A stretch of 60,025 nt of DNA, filler included, from Basidiobolus ranarum (Eukaryota): assembly GCA_040143965.1 (NCBI GenBank). It is 11 parts of 11 records of this genome, joined end to end, with 100 filler letters (N's around TTAATTAATTAA, not from the genome) between each part and the next. Parts side by side here need not be neighbours in the genome. Positions count along the whole stretch, not along the records: positions 49,228 to 54,577 come from JASJQH010001624.1; positions 54,678 to 60,025 come from JASJQH010001625.1; 9 more parts are not named here. The stretch is one strand, 5' to 3'. The position numbers and the translations under genes are program-made. Below, one piece after another: positions 49,700 to 60,025 of the stretch. Every line of letters begins with the position of its first letter. Within the stretch, counting starts at the first letter, position 1. A model generated the notes under the pieces. The model saw only the letters and a program-made list of their open reading frames with translations. It was not told where the DNA came from and did no database searches.

Positions 49700-51900
49700 T
49701 TGAATATTGAAGAGTAGAGAGTTCAATCCAATCTTAGCAACCAGGTGTTTATTGGTTTTCTTACACTTTTACCACAGTGGATTGGCAACTGTTGCTTGCC
49801 ACCAACCTGGTACAAGTGGAAAACACTTGTCAATTGTATGACTTATAATCCTTCAGTAATTAAACCACCTTCATGTCCAAATGGTTGTTTGGCTTTCACC
49901 AGTGTTCTGAAAAACCTGAAGTCATGTACTGCTTGCACACAATTGGCAAAAACAGAATCAGTTAAATATTGATCATATTTGGCTTACATACTGTTGATTC
50001 TCCATTTTAAGTTTTGATGAAATCACCCAAATGTAGATCCTTGATCCAATACCAAAGTACTCACCATAAAGCTGATGGTATTACCAATATACTTGATGGA
50101 TATCACTACCGGAATCTGAAAAGTCAAGGTTTCTTTGTGAATACATATGATCATGCATTTTCATTGGCTCTGGATGGTTTCTCACTAAACAAATACACCA
50201 TTGGAAAGGCTTGCTGGCTAATAATAATAATAATAATCAACTTAAATCTTCCTCCTTCTGAACAGTATATGAGTCCTAATATTTTGATATTATACTTCAT
50301 ATCTGGACCCAAATCACCATTACTTATAGATAGCTTCTTGGAGCCTTTGATTGCAGAATTTGAATGGTCATCTAATGGGGTTCAGATGGTTGAACATTTT
50401 TTAAAGCTAATATCATTGTAAGTAATAGTGACACTCCAGCCATCAGTAGACTTGGAGGTTTTGGTGGGCACAATGTACTATCTTGCTGTAGCTTTTGTCA
50501 AATCAATGGAGTTTACTCTAACAGGCATACACATTACCACTATCCAAAAACAACACTAAACTGAATGATTTTATCATTAAAAGCATACTCAATTTTCAAT
50601 TTGATCACTTTCATCAATTCACCAGATAGTCAGTCTAACATCAAGCTTTGTATTAGCCATAAGCCTAAGATTATATTGCTAAAGGGGATCAGCTGGAGTC
50701 AGATCTTCACATTAGGCAATATGTGCTTATTATTGAACAACATTCCAATACTACTTACTCAGCTATATAATTGAAATACAATATGAATGTGTCATTGGAG
50801 ATAGGATCAAAGTTTGAATTGATTGGGAAAATGGTTGAAAATGTCAAGTTACCATCATATTGTACTAGTACTCTCATCAATATCCACTCATCTAGGCATT
50901 TATTCATATGCAAAGACTGGAAGTATTGGATTTGTGTATATTCGAGTGGAATTTTGAAAATATTTCTGCCTGATAAGTATTGGCAACATTGGGAGTTGTT
51001 TGTTGATATTGTTAATATAGTCTTATGGCATCAACTCACATTAGTAGATCTCAGGCAGATACAGCAACTGTACAATGATTTTGTAATTGGATATGAAAAA
51101 CTTGATTACAGGTTTGAAGAAGATAGACTGAATCTATGCTGGTATTCAAAACATTCCCTGCTGCATCTTTCACAATGCTTAGATATTATAGGCCCTTGCT
51201 ATACATTTTGGGAGCTCCCAATGGAGTGCACCTGTGGTGAAATGATGCTCCATGTGAAATTGTCAGTATTAATGTATGCTAATCTGAGTAACAATGTATC
51301 AGCAAAATCAGTGATGAATATAATGCAATGGGTTAAGGAGACTGCAGATAATATAAACCAGCCAACAAAGGACTCTTTTCAATGTGCTCATGGGTTTTTG
51401 CATTGTTTGAGTACAATAACAGCAACAAAGCCCAATCCATGGACACAGAGTAATTACCTCTATAATTGGACTAATTTGCTTGTGTGAAAATCTAACGGTA
51501 TTTTTAGAAAAGCTGCAAGACAGACTTCTTGGTGAAATAGATCAAGATATGCAGTATTATTATTTTAGCCATGGGGTATTCTATTCCAGCAAGGATACAT
51601 CTATTTGTGGCAGGACATTTGTTGAATGCAAGTCAGGGATATATTGGCCAAATTATTTATGGATATTTGCCAAAATCTAAGAGCTTATTCTCATTGTGAA
51701 TGGCAATAAGAGTCAACTATTTGCTAAGTGCTGGCACTATTAAAACTTTCAGATGTTTAGCAATTTTTCCACAGTTAGTTTGCTGGTAAAGCATATTGAT
51801 GTTGTTGAGTTATGTCTAGTCAATCATGTATGTGCATATGTAGAGACTAAACACAACAAGATTCTTGTATTTTTTGATTCTCATTATGGCTGGAATACAA
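49700..51900 (+). mobile_element. Degenerate CACTA/EnSpm-type transposase
   Basis: CPNGC..F...C..C, DGYHYR, LALDGF, NLNLPP, ISGPKSP..DSFLEPL, DTPA, C.FC...G, HSLLHL...GP....W..PME. Confidence 0.85.
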
Positions 51901-52287
51901 AGCCTAAAATATCTAAATAAAGGCATGTATATTAATTTGAATTCCTATAGCAGTAAACCAAATAATTTGCCATTTGAAAATTATATTTTTGCAAAAATTG
52001 CCAGATATTCACTAATGCATGCCAAGTTTGAGGATCAATATTTTAACATGTATGAATAGTGTCAAGAAACCGCCATGACATCATCAAAATTCCTGGCAGA
52101 ATGCAAGCCACCAATATTGTGATGGTTCTCTCAAGATTTTACTCTTTTGGAGGGTGGATCTGATCTGGATTAAATTGATTTTATTTTTTTAAGGATCAAT
52201 GATCAATATTTATGTGATTTCATCAAAACTTTAAGATGGGGAATCAATGGTATGTAAGCCAAACATGATCAATATTTACCTGATTCA

Positions 52288-52641
52288 GTGTTTGCCAATT
52301 GTGTGCAAACAGTGCATGACTTCAGGTTTTTTGGATCACCAACTAGTCAACAGTTAGAGAGTCACTCAACAATGATACAAGGCCTTCAGAATGCTGTACA
52401 TAAGCTACAGCAACATGCTGCTCCCTCCGTCCAATCTCATACAGGATTTCAATCAAACCCACACCATGCTTATGAATGCCATCTTTATAATCTAGCAGAG
52501 CAGAAATTGTGTTGGACCATTAAGCCTACACAACAACCTAAAATTGCTTGGGTGCATGAAAGTAGAAATCTCATTCAAAAACCGGCAAATCAAACATCTC
52601 TGATTGTCAGAGCAGCCAGCACCTGCTCTGATGATGAGTGA
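52288..52641 (+). repeat. Dispersed TE-associated ORF fragment (homolog on the minus strand at about 55260-55500)
   Basis: GLQNAVHKLQQHAAPSVQSHTGFQSNPHH versus DLQNAVLELKLHTALSVYSHMGFQSIPHH. Confidence 0.6.
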
Positions 52642-53570
52642 TATAACATTTTGGAAACTCTGTGGAATCTTGCCCAAAATCACCTGATTTCAGCCAATCA
52701 TGGAGTGACTAAAAACCAGGTCTTACTCTGAAGGTTCTTGACTTATTTCATGTGTCTTATCCTGGGTTATTGCAAGCAAATGGCAATTGGGCTTGTGTTG
52801 GCTTATTCATGAAACATCTCAAAACCTTATGCAATAAATGACTTGGAACAGAAGGAAAAGCAGCTAAAGAAGTACTCAAGGAGCCACAAGTTAGTAAACC
52901 CAAGAGGAAAAGCAAAGGAGCCAGTGAGTTTAGGTTTTACTGTCCCACTTACCACATTTTTGACACCATTGTGAAGTTCGGCATTTCCGGATTCAGATAT
53001 ACTGGCAAAAAAGCTTAATTTCACCATAGAACCAGGTACACCAGCTGGAAGAGTTCTAAATTTGGAAGCTTATCCAAGAACCTGGCACCTCTCAACAAGC
53101 CAAAACACCAGCAAATAAAACTCATGGCTCTCCAACCTCAACTGTTACTTTTCAAAGTGTTGAAATTAGCCCCCTAGTCAAAGGCAAGCAAAAAGCTGCA
53201 CAAACAACCCAAAGCACCCTCAGTAGTGGCACACTACAAAGATGTGTAAAAGTATGAAGGGAAAAGTGTGGTGCAAGTATGCAGGAAGTGGCTTCATAAG
53301 AAGAAGAACATTCATCTTGACATTCAGTCTGGTGTTGACCTTGCAGATATCTGGGAAGAATGCAATACAGAAGAGCACAATATTGCAGGGTATCTAGCAA
53401 ATAGCTGGAAGAATGTTGACTCAGCAATGTTAATACAATGGTGGCCTTTGGTGGAGATATTGATACAAACTTGTGCTGGATATGAGCTAAACCTTAGGTA
53501 TCAAGAACTCTATAAAAATATTCAGGAGAATTTATCAAAGAAACTAGGAATTTCCAAGGTGACAAAGTAG

Positions 53571-54577
53571 TGTTCAAGTGGTGAGTGTGTAAAGTTTCAG
53601 TTACTTTTTTTGCCCATGTGTTGATCCATAGTTCTCTGAGATTATAGCCAATCATGTGCAACTATTTTGCAAGATCTTGAAATTTCACTCCTGAAACTGA
53701 AAAAATTGAATAAAATCAAATCTAACTTGATGATGTTAGGATTGTAAGTACACAGTGAATCCAAAATGGATTAAAGTTGTGACAGTTTTCCCACAATAAC
53801 AATCCTCCAATTTCTGTTGGGGAACAAGCAAGTCAATAAACTTCAACACTCCGACTCAGCTAAATATTCATATCCTTATACAAACTTAAATCTTAAGTCT
53901 TCAGATTTTGGCTTGGGTATTGGTTTGGTAAAGATGTCAGCAATCATATCACTAGTGGGCCAGTAATCTGATTGGATGAGCTTATTCTCAATAGCTTCAC
54001 TAACAAAGTGATGTTAATATCAACACGCTCACTTCTAGCTTGAAATTTGGCATTTTTAGCTAAAGGAATTCAACTTTGATTATTCTTGAAAATTATGCTG
54101 GGTGAGCTTTGAAAAATGCCCAAGTTGTTGAACAGTTTCCTTAACCACATAGCCTCCTTTGTTCAATGTGATGCTGCCATGTACTTTGCTTCAGTTGTTA
54201 AAGTGCTCCAGTGGGTTGTTCCTTGCTATTCCACAACATGGCTTCTTCACTATAGGGAATGGTATTTCAAGTGATAGATTTTGTGTCCTCAATATCACAT
54301 CCCCAATCTGCATCACTAAACCCAAATAGATCCTCATTCTCAAAGGAATATGTGTATCTGAATCCCAGATCAATTGTCCCCTTCAAATATTTGAAAATTT
54401 GCTTAACAGCTGCATAATGCTCAGATCCTGGGTTTTGAACATGTTGGCTAACTACTCCCACTGCAGAAGAGATGTCTGGCTGGGTTCAGTCATAGCTTAG
54501 ATCAAAATACCTATAATAGATTGATAATGGAACTCAGGGCTTTCAAATGACATATTTTGAGCCATATATGGCCAATT
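53571..54577 (-). mobile_element. Copia RT end, RNase H, PPT and 3' LTR (family C, 53571-53848)
   Basis: GFSDADWG, MIADIFTKP. GAGTCGGAG precedes TGTTGAAG; the LTR ends ...TGAACA. Confidence 0.85.
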
Positions 54578-54677
54578 NNNNNNNNNNNNNNNNNNNNNNN
54601 NNNNNNNNNNNNNNNNNNNNNTTAATTAATTAANNNNNNNNNNNNNNNNNNNNNNNNNNNNNNNNNNNNNNNNNNNN

Positions 54678-54961
54678 CTTATTGATTTATTGAGTCAAAA
54701 GTTGACATTTATAGTTTTGTCAAGATGTATACAAACCAACATATACCATGTGTTAAGGAAGGTCCCAGGAATATGTGTGCAAAGTTTGGGACTTCTAGCA
54801 AAAGTTTGAAAATCTATATATCTGAGAACTTCTAAGTTGGTTAAAATATTCTAAGAAAATTCCAATTGAGAATAATGATTAATATCTTAGTGAATTAAAA
54901 GATAACCAAGCACTAAGCTATATATGACTATATAGGTGCTTAGGCAATGCTAATTTCAACA
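54678..54961 (-). repeat. LTR family A (truncated)
   Basis: Aligns to 55946-56230. Confidence 0.85.
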
Positions 54962-55223
54962 GTACATGTGTATATTCTGAGTTACTTTTTTTGCACATGT
55001 ATTGATCTATAGTTTTCTGAGATTGTAGCCAATCATGTGCAACTATTTTGCAAGATCTTGAAATTTCTCTCCCAAAACTGAAAAAATTGATTAAAATCAA
55101 ATCTAACTTGATGATTTTATGAAAGTAAGTAAATAGTTAATCCTAAATGGATTAAAATTGTTATGGTTTTCTTGTGATAACAATCCTCAAATCTCTGTTA
55201 GGGTGTCAAGCCATTCATCAACA
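54962..55223 (-). repeat. LTR family C copy, interrupted near its 3' end by LTR A
   Basis: Aligns to 53585-53848. Confidence 0.8.
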
Positions 55224-55945
55224 TAGCAAGTGACAGCAGCTCTGACATTCAGAGTCTTTTAGCTTGCTGGTTTTCATATGAGATTTCTACTTTAAGTGCC
55301 TAAGCAATTCCAGGTTGTTGTGTAGGCTTAATGGTCCAACACATATTTGGCTCTGCCAGATTGTCACAGTGATGTTCATATCATGATGTGGGATTGATTG
55401 AAATCCCATATGAGAATAGACAGAGAGAGCAGTATGTAGCTTCAGTTCAAGTACAGCATTCTGAAGGTCTTGTCTCACTGATGAGTGACTCTGTAACTGA
55501 TGACTAATTGCTTTTGAAATGCTGCATTATTGCTTGTCATGGCCTGTATAGCAAATTTTCTAATTTTTACTTATGATTACATGCAAATTATTATGGTATT
55601 CTGCCTGAGCCTCCCTAGTTGTGTTGACTCTATCCAAGTTGTCTACAGAGAGGTGTACAATAGTTTGCAAAATAGGCTTTTGAGAACTTGATGGTTTTGA
55701 TGGTGTTTCTATTGAACTTTGCTTCAATGTTGATTTAATACATTATTGGAGGATTGTAATGTCTTCATTTGCACTATTCTTAGAAAGGTACACTTTTGAT
55801 AAGTTGATTAATGCTTCATTGCTACTTGAGTTAGTTCCTGGTATGTTAATGCATACTAGAGTCAATAGTGGATTACAAGACTGCTCATCATTTAAGTCTT
55901 GTGTTCTTGATAGTTTTTTTCCTCCCCTGCCAGCAGGCTTTTGCT

Positions 55946-56600
55946 TTTTGAAATTAGCATTGCCTAAACACCAATATATTCATATATATGTTAGTACTTG
56001 GTTATCTTATATTTCACCAAGATGTTACCTATTAATCACAACTGTAACTTACTTGCAATATTTTTACCAACTTAGAAGTTCTTAGATATATTGATTTATC
56101 AAAGTTGAGCTAGAAGCACCAAACTTGGCACACATGCTCCTGGGACCTTCCCAAACATATTCAACATGTTAGTTTGCTTATAACGTGACAAGTGTATAAA
56201 TGTTAACTTTCAACTAAATAAATCAATAAGTGAAAAACACCAATTTCTCTAATTCTCCAAATCACTTCCAACAGGCTCCCAAATACTTTAACAGGTTATG
56301 AGTCCCATGCTTGCACTCTCTGTAATGTCTACATCTTGCAGCCTATTAACAGCTCTAGAATTAAGAACTGAAATTTGATCTGAAATTTTGTATTTGGCAG
56401 ACTTCTGGATAAAGATTTATGCAGACTAGGATCCAGTCAAAAGAATGAAGAAAATGCTTTAATAAGCTATGGGAAGCCTTTCCATAAAGGTCACAAGCAC
56501 TTTAAGAAGAAAAGTAACACATTCTGTGATTATTGTAAATAAACTGGCCATGGATGTGAAGCTTGCTCTAAAAGAATTGCAAAAGAATACCCCACTTATG
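55946..56600 (+). mobile_element. 5' LTR family A, PBS (56294-56306) and deleted gag with zinc knuckle
   Basis: LTR ends TTTAACA at 56293, followed directly by GGTTATGAGTCCC. CDYCK*TGHGCEAC at about 56525. Confidence 0.8.
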
Positions 56601-56743
56601 TTCTATAAATTATTATACAAACTCCTGAATATCTCAAACAATTGATTTACTTCTCCACTATATAAGCCACCATATTCTCTTAAGAATAAAGTAACTAAGA
56701 CATTATCATAAGTTGCCTCTAATATATAAAATTTACCCACATT

Positions 56744-57550
56744 ATGTCAACATTCTCCAACAAAACCTCATCCTCATATGACCTACAAGAGGATATAGCT
56801 CCTAAGCCTATCCATTCAGGGAACTGCACTAATATTGCCAAGAAGCTTGATTTTGGAGCAAGCCCACATACTCCAACTACAGCAAAAGAAACAATACCAA
56901 ACATCTTAGTCAAAAAAAAGCTGAACCCTACCAGGCTGCCAAAGGAAAATCACAAGCTAAGTCGAAGTCACCAGCTAGCAGCTCAAATGTATGGGTTCTG
57001 GAAAGTGTGAATATAAATACTACTGCTAATACAAGGCATGTAACCACATGTAAACCAAAAGCAACTATCAATGTTGTCAGTTTTATCAACAACAACAAGT
57101 ATTCACAAGCTATTGAGGAGTATTTCAATAATAAAGTAGGTTGGCAAGCAGAACCAATCTATTTTGCTTCCTTGCAGAAACTGGTATTTCTTGTTCCAAG
57201 CACTGTAGATGAGGTGGCCTTGCATCAGAGATTGAATGACAAATGGCTTGGCTGTGCAGGATTTGCCCCATTTTGTACCAAAGATATTAAATGAATTACG
57301 CTGATTGAATGGTTGACTCTTTACAAGTTATTAATACAGTTTAACAAGTGAGATATTAGTCTTCATAAAGTAGCACAATGTTCTAAAAAAGAGTGGCTAA
57401 CTCTTGTTAGAATTCAATGAATCATGCCAAAGTATTTTATTGCAGGTGTAATCATGGTAGTGAAATATGTGAGAAGATTTTACAGAGGTCTTTAACCATT
57501 AATATATTGTATTCCAGTTGGGTGATAGATTGGGTGAGCTGCAAATCAAT
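56744..57550 (+). mobile_element. Decayed ORF, possibly non-LTR ORF1-like
   Basis: Broken coding-like frames with TE-like CpG depletion. Family not firmly recognised. Confidence 0.25.
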
Positions 57551-60025
57551 TTCCTCTCATATTATGACAGGATTCTAATGACAAATCAGGATCAAGTGAA
57601 GTTTTTGGCCAATTTTACTCCGATATTTCAACTTGCATTTCTCATAGGAAATCCAAGAAACATTTAGCCAGTAGAAAATCAGAGTGATATAGAAAAACCA
57701 TTCAAGACTTGCCCAGATTGTTAGATTAATTAGAGTCAAACCTGGAGACATGCCAGAGTCAATTCTTAGACATTTCACATATAGAATTAGTATATGCTCA
57801 GATTTGCAACTAAGTGATATTTGACTAAATACAGTTAACTAACTTAGTTATGATATATGAGAAGTTATGTGCATAGAGATAGGGATAGCAAGTATGATAA
57901 AGACAATAAACTTTAACATATAGCACAATTAAGCTTATAGTAGCTTGCAGTATTTAATGGCTTTTGCTCGATATCATTGTATTGAATAACCAGCCGTTCC
58001 TTGATCAGAGCTTACAAATTTTCCCAAAGTAGTGACAAAATATTGCTATATTCTATTAGAGGTCCCAGTGCTAAATAATCAAATAATATATTACTGTGAA
58101 CTTTGCCAATCAACGCATTAACATTGGCGAAGATTACATTTACAACACTCGTGATCCCTGCCCATGCGCAATAACTGTTGAATGGTAGTGCCGTTGAATA
58201 TATGACCGATATATCAAAGTCTTTTGCTGATAAATTTCCCAGAACGAATACAAACTTGATTTCGCGAAGTAATGAAACTTTCAATCTCTAATTCCAATAA
58301 CCAACCACTTTTATCCAGAATGTTCAGCAAGTCTGCTTCGAGTATCTATTTTCATCATTTAACTCATATTACAGTCATAATAAGGACATTCCTATGTCAT
58401 CTGCTGGATACCAACAAAACTGGGGCCCATCTTCGCAGCTTGGAGAATCAATCATCTTGCGCAAATAAATGCGGCTTCCTATAGTTTCAAGAACAGATCT
58501 CACATCCCAATCAGTTGATGACCATTGATTACCAATGGCATCAAGGCATTGTTGGCAACCATATAGCAGCCTCTGATCCATCGACCGCAGGTTCGAGTTT
58601 AGTGATCAATATATATTGATAAATTCAATTGCCGGTTTTTCTATTTTGGAATGTGAGATAGTACACTCGGTACTTCGCAATTTATTGTGTCACTTAAAGT
58701 TAAGCTGACTTCGAATGCTGCAACATGGTACCCGGAGCCTTGTGAACAAAATATTTTAGGGAGTACATAAAGAATGCTGACATATGAGATTTACAAAATT
58801 TGACCTAAACGATATGACTCGAAAGTTGAATCACTCTCTATCCATTCAATCCAATCACCTAAAATACGCACAAGAAAGTTCGCTCTTTTCTTCCTGGTGC
58901 GTTTGTGAGAATATCTACTTACTGATTGTAGATCCTCAAAGCTGTCTTCTAAGAATCATCTAACAGTACAATGAATTTATAACTGTACAAAATTGAGTTT
59001 GGTCATCAGAGCTCTACTTCAAGCATGGTGGCATTGGGGACCAGATGCTCTACAACGATATATTGTAAATGCAAACATATATTACCAAACTTCAAGGAGG
59101 GTGTGAAACCAACAATTTCTGAATGGAATCAGGTTTCTGACTAAATTTGGGCATGGTTTCAATAGAATTTAAAACATCTTTTTCTAAAGCTTAATAAGCA
59201 ACTCCTACCCTCGAAATCTTGATTCTTTATAATCAAGTGATAAATACCCAAGTCCAAAGCAAGCCAACTATTCTAGAATCGGAATGATATTCCGGCGTCT
59301 GACTTAATTAAGCCACAGTCATTTGTGACCAACCAATCACCCATAGTGCATTATTTCGTAGTGGGACAGAGGAGGTGACACTGAAAGTCGTAATCATGAC
59401 ATCATTCTTTGGCGATACTTCCAATTTGGTAACCCAGAACCACAAACCTGAGTCAAAAGGATTTGCTCACCAAATTCGATACCGCTCAAGCAGCATATAG
59501 CAAATAGTAGCAACACGACTCGAGCTAATGGGTAAGCTGTACTGGTCTTCTACAGGATTGATGTATCACATGAGCTCACTTCATTTGCCATCTATTCTTC
59601 TTGTACTCTAAAGCACCAAGCAATATGAGTATGTATTTCAAATAACCCACTTTTTGACTGAAACACAGATGGGTTCAGCATGAAAGTGTTTCTAGCGTGT
59701 TTTAGGCTTTTGACAAGTTCGAGTAGATGGTATAAATGATGGTGGTATCGGAATGATTCCAACCCAAGTCTTAATCAGTCTCATATATACAAAACCATAC
59801 ACTGAAGCCACGCTTAGTGTTGACGCACGAATCCAACCTTGAGTAGTAAAGATCTTGAGATTGGCAATTAGTCCCCAAAAAGTGCTGATGCATTGTGCCA
59901 GTCGAGAATTCTATCCAAACTAGAATCACCAGTATCCAGATCTAATTTCCCTATTGTTTCTGCGATTCGGAGTATGTGCATCACGATGTTAATAAACAAA
60001 CTGAGTCACTTGGCTCAAGAACATA

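Noticed and set aside
46649..53570. Fanzor/TnpB nuclease cargo in the Tc1 or CACTA relics
   Set aside because: I looked for RuvC motifs and a paired CxxC zinc finger and could not find them by eye. An HMM search would be needed to exclude a highly decayed copy.

Overview
This window is not one locus. It is 11 unrelated contigs of about 5.35-5.38 kb, ordered by decreasing length and joined by artificial 100-bp linkers (44 N + TTAATTAATTAA + 44 N). The DNA is AT-rich and eukaryotic with short GT-AG introns, and looks fungal; an early-diverging lineage such as Basidiobolus or Mucoromycota is an inference. Host genes reconstructed by hand: a 7-exon NMN adenylyltransferase, a FAR1/WRKY-GCM1-domain factor, the 3' part of a UFD4/TRIP12-type HECT E3, two tandem FAM72-like genes (one absent from the ORF track), an ankyrin protein, an intronless D-amino-acid-oxidase-like enzyme, the VPS10 C-terminus, a secreted MBL-fold hydrolase and an Arg-less Rid protein. 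Roughly half the window is nested, CpG-decayed transposon relics: Ty1/copia with four LTR families, Ty3/gypsy, CACTA/EnSpm and Tc1/mariner. I found no complete, clearly new multi-gene system. The best leads are the divergent FAM72 pair, three bacterial-like enzymes, a half-tRNA primer-binding site, a 114-bp repeat ORF with a dibasic motif and a tRNA-derived Pol III-like element.
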